From Gemmatimonadota bacterium (lineage in GTDB: Bacteria; Gemmatimonadota; Gemmatimonadetes; Longimicrobiales; Gaopeijiaceae), in assembly GCA_003567615.1 (NCBI GenBank), contig PWZC01000281.1:1-51707 (forward strand): a stretch of DNA of 51,707 bases, given 5' to 3'. The position numbers and the translations under genes were made by a program. Within the stretch, counting starts at the first letter, position 1. The number at the start of each line of letters is the position of its first letter. The notes under the pieces are model-generated. The model had not been told where the DNA came from. It searched no databases and saw nothing but the letters and a program-made list of their open reading frames with translations. Positions 9,757 through 17,276 of the stretch are shown one piece after another.

Positions 9757-9788
9757 GTGGGTTTGGCGCGGGGCCTTGCGCCTGTCCA

Positions 9789-10607
9789 CTAATACTGTGC
9801 CAGCGTGCCCGCCCGCTTCGCGTACTTGAGCCCCACGCGAAATGTGGTGACTCCGACGGTGAGGAGGACCACGGTGAAGGTGAGGAGGATCATAAGGTCC
9901 GGGTAGATCGCTTCGATGGGTAGGCCCTGCAGGACACTCCGGCGGAGCCCACGGAGACCGTAGGTGAGGGGGACCACGAGGGCCAGAGGACGCACGATTT
10001 CAGGGATCACCGAAACAGAGTAGTAGACGCCCCCCAATAGCGTCGACACGGTCACTGTCGCGGCGATGAGCGGGCCTGAGGTGCGGAATACCAGGTGGAG
10101 CGCGGCACCCATGAGTCCCACCGCCAGGTAGCACAGAATGATGAGGCCAAGGATCAGAACGCCCAGGGGGAGTCCGGACCAGGCGATGGACTGCCCTGCA
10201 ATGGGGATGGCAGCCAGCATCAGCGCTGATCGGATCGTGTTCTGGACGAATCCGTACCCCACCAGCCCCGCGAGGAGGACTGGCAGGGACGTGGGTGTGG
10301 CAAAAAGGGCCTCCAGCGTTCCGGATGAGATCCCGGAGGCGATACCGTCGGTTACGCTCCGAATGGCAAAACCCACGTAGAGCGTCGCAATGAGGCCGAG
10401 AATGAGAAAACCGAAATACTGCTCTCCCTCGTCCTGAATGCTTGGGGATACGGTGGGCTGCAGCGCCTCGGCCACGAGAAAGAGGGGGACCAGTGAGACC
10501 AGTAGCCCGAAAAACGAGAAGACGATTCGAAGGCGGTAGCTTAGGGCCGTCAGGGCTGATGCCCGGACCAGGGCCAGGATCTTGGTCATCTCCCGGGTGA
10601 GTCTCAT
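9789..10607 (-). CDS. ABC-2 type transporter permease (putative lasso peptide export/immunity)
   Basis: Multi-TM protein, about six hydrophobic helices. Start trimmed to the ATG at 10607, which overlaps the ATPase stop (ATGA at 10604-10607). The longer track ORF (to 10799) has an Arg/Gly-rich N-terminus that overlaps the ATPase gene. Confidence 0.8.
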   Translation of the reverse strand: MRLTREMTKILALVRASALTALSYRLRIVFSFFGLLVSLVPLFLVAEALQPTVSPSIQDEGEQYFGFLILGLIATLYVGFAIRSVTDGIASGISSGTLEALFATPTSLPVLLAGLVGYGFVQNTIRSALMLAAIPIAGQSIAWSGLPLGVLILGLIILCYLAVGLMGAALHLVFRTSGPLIAATVTVSTLLGGVYYSVSVIPEIVRPLALVVPLTYGLRGLRRSVLQGLPIEAIYPDLMILLTFTVVLLTVGVTTFRVGLKYAKRAGTLAQY

Positions 10608-11668
10608 GCGCACCCCGCCACCACAGAAGAGGATTGAGCGGCGGGAATCGGATCGGCGGACAGGGTCTCTATGAATTCCGCCAGCGGCACTTCGCGGGGA
10701 CTCAGAAGAGCCACCTCGATCCCAAGCCCGGTGAGTTCCCGCACGAAGCGAGCGGCGGCGGCCCGCCCGCCGGGAATGTGGAGTCGGACGTGTTCCCACC
10801 CCTCACCGTCTCTGGCCTCCGGTAGGCCGTCCACCTCCAGATACGCCACTGAACCCAGTTGGCGGAGCGCCGCCTTCACTCGACCCCGGGCCACCAGTCG
10901 GTAGCGATTGTCCGCGACGGCCTCGAAGAGGTCGTCGGTGCGGCCATTCACCACAAGACGCCCATTCTCGAGAATCCCCACCCGGGGGCAGAGCTCCCGA
11001 ACCTCTTCCGCATCATGGGTGGCCAAGAGGATCGTGCACCCCTGTTCCCGGTTGATCCGGTCCCGAAGGAACACCCGGAGATTCCGGGCCGACACCGGGT
11101 CCAGGCTGCGGGTCGGTTCGTCCAGGAGCAGGACCGCCGGATCCGAAAGGAGCGCTCTGGCGACCAGAAGCCTTTGCTTCATCCCGGACGAAAAGAGACC
11201 CACCTGTTTCGTGCCCGTATCCCCAAGATCCACCACGTCCAGGACGTGGTCCACCCGCTTACGGGCCTCGACTCCGGAGAATCCCTGTAGCGATGCGTAG
11301 AGCTTGAGATTCTCTTCGGCATTCAACCGCCAGTAGAGCGACCGCTCATAGGGAATCACGGGGACGAGACGCCGCCGCACCGCCATGGGATCCTCGGCAA
11401 CGTCGATACCATCGACCCTGGCCGTTCCCGAGTCGGGGAGTACGAGTGTGGCCAGGATCTTGAAGAGCGTCGTCTTTCCGGCGCCGTTCTTCCCCAGAAG
11501 CCCAAAGAACTCCCCCTTACGTACGGAGATGGAGACGTCGTGAAGAGCTTCCTGATAGGAAGTGGATCGCGGGTGGAGGACGGTTTCCTTCCAGGAGCGT
11601 CGCACCGGAAATCGCTTGGAGACCGCCTTCACTTCGACCAGTCCGCCTGCGTCGACGGAGGGCGTCAT
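10604..11668 (-). CDS. ABC transporter ATP-binding protein (ABC-2 subfamily partner)
   Basis: Walker A GLLGKNGAGKTT, signature FSSGMKQRLLVARAL, Walker B LLLDEPTRSLD, H-loop LLATHD. The ATG overlaps the B2 stop (ATGA at 11665-11668). Confidence 0.92.
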   Translation of the reverse strand: MTPSVDAGGLVEVKAVSKRFPVRRSWKETVLHPRSTSYQEALHDVSISVRKGEFFGLLGKNGAGKTTLFKILATLVLPDSGTARVDGIDVAEDPMAVRRRLVPVIPYERSLYWRLNAEENLKLYASLQGFSGVEARKRVDHVLDVVDLGDTGTKQVGLFSSGMKQRLLVARALLSDPAVLLLDEPTRSLDPVSARNLRVFLRDRINREQGCTILLATHDAEEVRELCPRVGILENGRLVVNGRTDDLFEAVADNRYRLVARGRVKAALRQLGSVAYLEVDGLPEARDGEGWEHVRLHIPGGRAAAARFVRELTGLGIEVALLSPREVPLAEFIETLSADPIPAAQSSSVVAGCA

Positions 11669-12168
11669 GCGATGGAGTCCGGGAGGTCTACCGAGAAAAC
11701 CTCGGGCAGCTTGCGAAACGAATGGATGTGGGCGGGATCATCTCCGATCACTACGGCGTCCAGCTCCACCCAGGCGTGGGCCTGGAAGTCACCGTCCAGC
11801 TTTCTGACCCCCACCTCCACCCGGCAGGGGCCGAGACCCTCTCGGCGCAGAAGATCCCGGAGGGCCAGAGATCGCACGAGGCACTGGGGTCGGCCCGGAC
11901 CGAAGCGGGCCGCCTGGTGCACCGCCCAGGCCAGGTCCGACGCCCTGCGCCTCTTCTCCAGGGAAAGGGAGACCAGACCGTCGGCCTTCAGTCCGGCATG
12001 CCCCCCGGTCTCGTCGAGCCTGGCGGCTGTAAGGAAGCGGCCCCTGGGAATCGTGGCCTTCCGAACGCCCCAGCGCATGAGCGCTACCTGCGCGCGGCCC
12101 AGATCAGCCCAGCCGCGTGGGCCGATGGAGGCGAGCGTCTGTAGGCGTCCCAGTGTTCTGGAGAGCAC
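11665..12168 (-). CDS. Lasso peptide leader peptidase, B2 protein (transglutaminase-core cysteine protease, McjB C-terminal-domain type)
   Basis: Signature RPQCLVRSLALRDLLRREGL...VGV......FQAHAWVELD, the Cys/His/Asp core typical of lasso B2 proteins. Size about 167 aa. GTG start at 12168. Confidence 0.88.
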   Translation of the reverse strand: MLSRTLGRLQTLASIGPRGWADLGRAQVALMRWGVRKATIPRGRFLTAARLDETGGHAGLKADGLVSLSLEKRRRASDLAWAVHQAARFGPGRPQCLVRSLALRDLLRREGLGPCRVEVGVRKLDGDFQAHAWVELDAVVIGDDPAHIHSFRKLPEVFSVDLPDSIA

Positions 12169-12203
12169 AGTAGGTTCAATTCCTGGGTAGATGACGGATC
12201 AGA

Positions 12204-12225
12204 CCCCGGTTGTGGTCAGCCGGGG
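12204..12225 (-). promoter_or_regulatory. GC-rich hairpin about 43 nt downstream of the precursor A1 stop (possible intra-operon attenuator or RNA stabiliser)
   Basis: ccccggttg/tggt/cagccgggg: 9 bp stem (one G-U pair) with a 4-nt loop. No U-tract follows on the transcribed strand. Confidence 0.35.
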
Positions 12226-12267
12226 AAGACTGCGACCCCTCGACTCTCCCGTACCCAGACCCCTCGG

Positions 12268-12447
12268 TCAGGAGGGGGTGGGGGTGCAGAACTTGTCGCT
12301 CCGTATGCTCGGAGTGCACCGGCCCCACCCGAAGGCCTCCCAGCCCTCATACGCATCAAAATCGGCGATACCGAGTCCCTCACCACCCCTGGTGAGTTCA
12401 CGGAAGGTACCGAGGCAGGTGAGTCGAGGCGTCTCATACATGGGCAT
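12268..12447 (-). CDS. Lasso peptide precursor A1 (59 aa): MPMYETPRLTCLGTFRELTR | GGEGLGIADFDAYEGWEAFGWGRCTPSIRSDKFCTPTPS
   Basis: Internal ATG of track ORF 12268-12507, preceded by GGAG 4 nt upstream (ctgcGGAGccgtATG). The leader has the lasso motif Y-x-x-P-x-L-x3-G-x5-T with Thr at -2. The core starts with Gly1 and has Asp9, suitable for a 9-residue macrolactam. It lies between the cyclase and B2 genes. Confidence 0.85.
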   Translation of the reverse strand: MPMYETPRLTCLGTFRELTRGGEGLGIADFDAYEGWEAFGWGRCTPSIRSDKFCTPTPS

Positions 12448-12508
12448 ACGGCTCCGCAGCAGGTGAGTCCGGAACAACGGCCAAATGAACTGTTGAACAT
12501 GGCACAAC

Positions 12509-14440
12509 TCATGCCAACCTAGCCTTCAACCACCTTTCGCTGGAAATTGCCCTGAGCAGGGAGGCCCAACCTCCGGAATCCAGGTCTGCCTTGGACTGAA
12601 GGAGGACTCTGAGCGGGTCGCGGCGAATGAGTCCCATCTCCTCCGTCAACCACTCTTCGGGTCGAGCCAGTTCCACGTCGGCCTGTCTCAACAGTTCGGG
12701 AACGTAGATCTCTCGCATGAGACCTTGGGCCGTTCCGGTCCGAAGGCCACGGTTTCGAATCTCCAGGAACGTGTGCGGAAGGTACGGTCTCATGGCGTCC
12801 CGTAACAGGGCTTTCGGTTCGAGGGGACGGTACATCCAGGACGGCGGAAAGCTGCGGATCAGTCGCGCAAGTCGAAGGTCCAGTAGTGGGGATCGCAGTT
12901 CCACTCCCCTGAAGCGCAGGTCGTCGAAGAGGGCGGCACCAAATCGACTAAATCGATAGTTCAGGAGCGCCCAGGCGCGCCATCCTTCGAAGGGTGAGTC
13001 CGCCGTCTCCATCCGGAGGGAATCGAAGCTCTCCTGGTCAACCAAGAGGATCTCCTGCGCCTCCTCTGTGGAGGTTCGGATCCACTCCGGCAGGGACCGG
13101 CCCGCCGGGCGGGGAATGATGGTCCTTCCCAGGATATGTTCCAGCCTCCGACCGAGATCCGGGTGTAGGTTGATCCGGACAGATGTGTCGATGGCTCGCC
13201 ATATGGGGATGGGGCGATGAGCCCAGAGCAGGCGGGCAGACACGATGGGCCTGAAGCGCCGGAAATGCTCGGCCAAAACCATGCTCGGGGAGGTGGAAAA
13301 CTGATTGTCGCCTCCACGGCCGGTCAAGAGCACCCGATGGCCCTCCTGGATGGCTCGGGTGGCCAGCGCCTGCTGCACACCGTTGAAGGGATACCGGCCG
13401 GGGTGGGAGTGATGGTCCTGAGGCCGATCCAGCCATTGCTCCGTCCGGATCGCATCGTACCCCACCCACTGAACGTCCAGGCTGAAGTGTCGGGCTGCGG
13501 ACTCGATCCACGGTCGCTCGAACCCGGGGTCCCCCTCGGGATAGTCGATGGAGAGGAGGGCGAGATCCCGCTGCCGGGCCGTCGAACCGGCCCCCTTCAA
13601 GCCGGCGAGAACGGCGGACGAATCCTGACCACCACTGAGCGCCAGGGAAGCGCCCACGCTGGGGGACCGTTCCGCCACACTGGCAAGGATCTGCCGGCCG
13701 ACAACCCCTGCCGCTTCTTCCCGCGGCGGCCTGGTGGTCGCCCACAACTCGGGCTGGCCAGCGAACCGGTGCACGCGAAGGTCGCCCCGACCCGCTGTGA
13801 CGAAGTGACCGGCAGGGAGTTCCAGGATCCCCTTCCAGGCGGTCCGGGAGCCATCTCCGGGGATTCCCGAGAGAGCGCTGAAAACCCCGGCTTCGTCGAA
13901 AGCCGGATATGGGGCAGGCGCACCCGCCGGACCCGCGCCCGCCAGGACAGTGGCAGACGAGTGCATGAGGATGGTGGAGCCCAGGGTCCGATAGAATAGC
14001 GACCGGGTGCCAAATACATCCCTGGCCGCAAAGAGCGTGCTGTCCGAGGTGTTCCACGCACAGAAGGCGTAGTCCCCCTCCAGGTGCAGCACACACGCCT
14101 CTCCGTAGGCCAGATAGGCGGCAGCAATGAGGTCGGCCGGACTCAACGACACAGGAGGATGCCCGATCTTCTTCAGCTTTTCCAGCAGATCGCTTCGGAA
14201 GTAGAGGCTCGCATCGCAGCCGACCACAACGGGGCCTGCCCGACCCATGAGGACCGGGCTCGCCACGTCATCCTCCATTTCCCACCGATCCCGGGCCACT
14301 CCGAGGAAGCCCCCCGAGTCGAACCTCTTGACCTCCACCTGCTCGGAGCCACGCCATGCTGCGCCCCGCAGGAGGGCTCGAACCCGTTCTTCGGGCCATG
14401 CATCCGGATGCGGGTCGACCCCGGCTGAGAGACATGTCAC
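12509..14440 (-). CDS. Lasso peptide cyclase C1 (asparagine synthetase B-fold, ATP-dependent macrolactam synthetase)
   Basis: PP-loop LALSGGQDSSAVLAGL. The AsnB-like N-domain lacks the Met-Cys glutaminase start (it begins V/M-T-C-L-S-A-G from GTG 14440). The N-terminus is colinear with the second cyclase. Adjacent to the precursor and B2. Confidence 0.85.
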   Translation of the reverse strand: MTCLSAGVDPHPDAWPEERVRALLRGAAWRGSEQVEVKRFDSGGFLGVARDRWEMEDDVASPVLMGRAGPVVVGCDASLYFRSDLLEKLKKIGHPPVSLSPADLIAAAYLAYGEACVLHLEGDYAFCAWNTSDSTLFAARDVFGTRSLFYRTLGSTILMHSSATVLAGAGPAGAPAPYPAFDEAGVFSALSGIPGDGSRTAWKGILELPAGHFVTAGRGDLRVHRFAGQPELWATTRPPREEAAGVVGRQILASVAERSPSVGASLALSGGQDSSAVLAGLKGAGSTARQRDLALLSIDYPEGDPGFERPWIESAARHFSLDVQWVGYDAIRTEQWLDRPQDHHSHPGRYPFNGVQQALATRAIQEGHRVLLTGRGGDNQFSTSPSMVLAEHFRRFRPIVSARLLWAHRPIPIWRAIDTSVRINLHPDLGRRLEHILGRTIIPRPAGRSLPEWIRTSTEEAQEILLVDQESFDSLRMETADSPFEGWRAWALLNYRFSRFGAALFDDLRFRGVELRSPLLDLRLARLIRSFPPSWMYRPLEPKALLRDAMRPYLPHTFLEIRNRGLRTGTAQGLMREIYVPELLRQADVELARPEEWLTEEMGLIRRDPLRVLLQSKADLDSGGWASLLRAISSERWLKARLA

Positions 14441-14614
14441 GGTCCGATTCCGTCCCCGTTCTTCATCCCGTGATCCTCTCAGGTTTCTTCATGGGCATGG
14501 CACGCAACGTGCACCCCCATGGCTTCGCTCAGCCGACCCTCCTGCCTGGAATGCGATGGACCCTTCCAGGCTTCATCACCGCTCTTTCGTCCGGTTTCCG
14601 GTCTGGATCATCTC
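14441..14614. promoter_or_regulatory. Divergent intergenic region between the C1 operon (-) and the B1-kinase operon (+); presumed bidirectional promoter region
   Basis: Inferred only from gene arrangement. I could not recognise clear -35/-10 elements. Confidence 0.3.
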
Positions 14615-14923
14615 ATGATCAAGCTTCCGAATCGAGGTCCCAACGTCATCTTCCAGGAGATGGACGACGAGGCTGTTCTGTTCTGTACCCAGTCCGAAGT
14701 CTACTTCGGGCTGAATTCAGTCGGCAAGACGATCTGGGAATTGTTGGGGGATGGAGTTACCCGCTTCGACAAATTGATTGCGCTCCTGTCACAGCGATAT
14801 CCAGAGGTCGAGGAACGTGTTCTGCAAGAGGATGCCGCAGAATTCCTCGAGCAACTTCACGAGAACGGCTTGGTCACAGCCCCGGCGGCCGACCCTCAGC
14901 AGGACGATGCCGGGCATGGATGA
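14615..14923 (+). CDS. PqqD-family RiPP recognition element, lasso B1 protein
   Basis: MIKLPNRGPNVIFQEMDDEAVLFCTQSEVYFGLNSVGKTIWELLGDG...LIALLSQRYPEV...EDAAEFLEQLHENGLV: a typical PqqD/RRE pattern of about 100 aa. An upstream in-frame start at 14519 is possible, but it would add a non-homologous 32-aa extension. Confidence 0.82.
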   Translation: MIKLPNRGPNVIFQEMDDEAVLFCTQSEVYFGLNSVGKTIWELLGDGVTRFDKLIALLSQRYPEVEERVLQEDAAEFLEQLHENGLVTAPAADPQQDDAGHG

Positions 14924-15947
14924 CCTCGGCCATGCCACCGCAACCGGAGAGCATCCCGGATCCACGAAGACTCGGGAGCTCGGGTTCACCTATGCCCTGT
15001 TCGGTGGAGTGATTCACTCGTCGATACCGCTCCCGGAGTTACGTCCCGTCGATTCGGACGTCTGGGATTGGCACTTCGAGGTGGTGGATGAGCTGGAGCC
15101 GGCTCGAGAGGTGAGGACCATGGGATCGATGCAAATGTATGCGGAGATCTACAGTCGGACGTACGCTCACGCCGCTGGGTACCGCGTAGAGGTCGACGAT
15201 ACAGGGGTCTTCGATGTTTCTGCCGATGGGACGTTCATCCGACACCGGCCCCGTGCGGACCCATGGTGGGACTTCGGACGAGCTCATCTGCTCGGTCAGG
15301 TCATGGCCATCTCCCTTCAGATCCGCAGCGTCATCACACTGCACGCCAGCGCCGTGGAAACCCGTGATGGGGTCATCGGATTCCTGGCACCCAAGCACTT
15401 CGGGAAGACCACCCTGTCCCTGATCTTGACCCGGGAGGGAGCTCGGTTCGTGACGGACGACACGCTTCCCGTGCAACTCGGCGACCCACCTCTGGCTCTC
15501 CCCGGCGTCCAGAGTCTTCGAGTCCTTGCGGACAACGAGGAGGCGAAGGAGTTGATTCGAGGCGCCTTCGGTGCCCCGGTCCGACTCGAATCAGCGAATC
15601 GGGATGGAAAGATCCGGACCCCCCCACTGCCATTGCCCAGGATTCTCTCTCGCGCCCGGAAGCTGGAGGCGCTCTATCTCCTCCAGCCGGTTCGAGCCGG
15701 GGATGGTGGAGAGTCGGTGGAAAGGCTTCCCACCCACGGACCGGAGGCAGTTGCCAATGTTCTCGGTCAAACCAAGATCGGTGGGGTCCTTGGACCTGGT
15801 TTCGTGCCGGACCTCCTTCGCCAGGTATCCGGCATCGCCCGCCAGGTGCCCGTCTACCGACTTCGGATCGTCCGGGACCTGGAGCGGCTCCCCGAAGTGG
15901 CTGAACGGCTGCTCTCCTGGCATGGGACACCCGGAGAGGTGACCTGA
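14907..15947 (+). CDS. HPr kinase/phosphorylase-like serine kinase (paeninodin-type lasso precursor kinase)
   Basis: LHASAVETRDGVIGFLAPKHFGKTTLSLIL (P-loop [AG]x4GK[ST]) followed by FVTDD. Same layout as the HprK C-terminal kinase domain. Start is ATG 14907 or ATG 14916; both overlap the B1 stop (ATGGATGA at 14916-14923). Confidence 0.72.
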   Translation: MPGMDDLGHATATGEHPGSTKTRELGFTYALFGGVIHSSIPLPELRPVDSDVWDWHFEVVDELEPAREVRTMGSMQMYAEIYSRTYAHAAGYRVEVDDTGVFDVSADGTFIRHRPRADPWWDFGRAHLLGQVMAISLQIRSVITLHASAVETRDGVIGFLAPKHFGKTTLSLILTREGARFVTDDTLPVQLGDPPLALPGVQSLRVLADNEEAKELIRGAFGAPVRLESANRDGKIRTPPLPLPRILSRARKLEALYLLQPVRAGDGGESVERLPTHGPEAVANVLGQTKIGGVLGPGFVPDLLRQVSGIARQVPVYRLRIVRDLERLPEVAERLLSWHGTPGEVT

Positions 15948-15957
15948 GCTCGAAATC

Positions 15958-17202
15958 TCATTTCCCCAGGAGACCCCGCACGTAGGCGGTGGTCTCCACA
16001 ACCCGATCCAGACGTCGTCGGACCGGACTGGGAGGCGTCAGTGAGTCCGGAGCCGAGGAGTCTGCCGGCGAATCCTCCCCCACTTTCGTCTCGATTCCCG
16101 CCGACTTCCACGCGTCAGTCCGCGCCCACGGTCGAATCGTGCCGTGCTCTGAGCGACCCGGTCGGAGGGCTGCCTCCCAGATCAGTTGCCGGATCTTCAC
16201 GGGTGGCCGGGGCGCCCGCGAGGGGGGAGCGAACATCTGGGCATAGTGCTTTCTGACCAGGGCGATGATGGGCTTTGGCGTCGGTGCCTCCAGCGTCTCC
16301 AACCAGTCCGGGTCCACGGGAACATTGCCCCATTCTGTGGCCAGATGAAGTGTCCACCAGAGAGTGGATTCCGCTTTGGCCTGTCGGGCCGTACGGACGA
16401 CCTGATCCCACTGAAGCTCGGGGCGGGTGACGAGCAGACCGGTATCTCGAAGCGCCTTCCACGTGCCAGACTCGAGTGCATGGGACCAGGCGAAGTGGAT
16501 TGAGTTGTGGATGAGCATGTGCTCCCACGATGGCCTCAGGGTTCCCGGTAGGGCGCCGATGGGTACGGCCTCCCGCCACAGGTCCCGCGCAGCGAAGTGG
16601 AACGGATTCTCCTTCTGGAAGATCTCCGTGTGGATCTCCAGTCCGAGGAAAAGGCCGCTGCCATCTACGAGGGGTGGAAGATGGTGATGCTCTTCGTAGA
16701 CCTCTTCCTGGACCGAGTTGGCCCGATGGGCCCAATCGAGACCGCGCGCAATTTCCCATACTGCAGAAGAGTGCTCGGGATGGACAAGAAGGTCCACATC
16801 CCACATGGGGCGGTCGATCACCGGGAGATCCAGGGCGTGGACCAGGCCGCTCCCCTTCAGCAGAACCAAGGGGATCGAAGCCGACTCGCACTCCGCGGCA
16901 AGACGACGAAGTTTGCGCTGCATTTCTCCGAGCCTGAGGGCGTGGGTGAGCCGAAGACGCTGCATGGCCTTCAGGCCGTCGTCATCGATGTCCAGTCCCG
17001 GGTGGGATCGTCTCGTCGCGGTGAGGGCATGGACGAGAGCGGGTAGCGCCGACTCCCGTTGCGCAAGATAGATCAGGAGGGGCCAGTCAACGGACCCGTC
17101 CCACCCGGCATCGGTGAGCTCTCGCAGTACATGGGAGCCCTCGGGCCTTCGATGCGCTGTGGCCAGGACAAGCCGTGATTCCCACAAGAGCGAATCTTTC
17201 AT
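15958..17202 (-). CDS. Nucleotidyltransferase-fold family protein (uncharacterised NTP_transf_5-like), putative lasso tailoring enzyme
   Basis: PLVLLKGSGL...PMWDVDLLV (G-S ... D-x-D nucleotidyltransferase core) followed by a helical C-terminal region. Start trimmed to ATG 17202, preceded by AGGAAG (AGGAAGCTCATG). The track ORF to 17349 would overlap the cyclase C2 3' end. Confidence 0.6.
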   Translation of the reverse strand: MKDSLLWESRLVLATAHRRPEGSHVLRELTDAGWDGSVDWPLLIYLAQRESALPALVHALTATRRSHPGLDIDDDGLKAMQRLRLTHALRLGEMQRKLRRLAAECESASIPLVLLKGSGLVHALDLPVIDRPMWDVDLLVHPEHSSAVWEIARGLDWAHRANSVQEEVYEEHHHLPPLVDGSGLFLGLEIHTEIFQKENPFHFAARDLWREAVPIGALPGTLRPSWEHMLIHNSIHFAWSHALESGTWKALRDTGLLVTRPELQWDQVVRTARQAKAESTLWWTLHLATEWGNVPVDPDWLETLEAPTPKPIIALVRKHYAQMFAPPSRAPRPPVKIRQLIWEAALRPGRSEHGTIRPWARTDAWKSAGIETKVGEDSPADSSAPDSLTPPSPVRRRLDRVVETTAYVRGLLGK

Positions 17203-17276
17203 GAGCTTCCTGAGGGTGGCTGAAGCGGCGGGTCCAAGTGGACACCGCTCCTGGGGGACAGGGAGAAAGTGTGCGG

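Larger units (their letters stand above)
7471..9760. other. Low-GC islet carrying two glycosyltransferase genes (compositionally atypical, probably horizontally acquired)
   Basis: By eye, clearly more A/T-rich than both flanks, with many A/T-ending codons (AAA, TAT, GAT, ATT, GTA, TTA). Composition was not computed. Boundaries are approximate. Confidence 0.6.

Noticed and set aside
9765-9782. Short hairpin ggcgc-N8-gcgcc between the convergent GT2 and ABC-2 permease genes
   Set aside because: 5-bp stem and no T-tract. A plausible terminator position, but too weak to annotate.
12216-12512. 98-aa alternative-frame ORF, and the 20-codon N-terminal extension of the A1 ORF (start 12507)
   Set aside because: The extension (MCHVQQFIWPLFRTHLLRSR) would begin 2 nt from the cyclase stop with no RBS and is unlike lasso leaders. 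The internal ATG at 12447 has a GGAG upstream, and its product aligns with A2 from residue 1.
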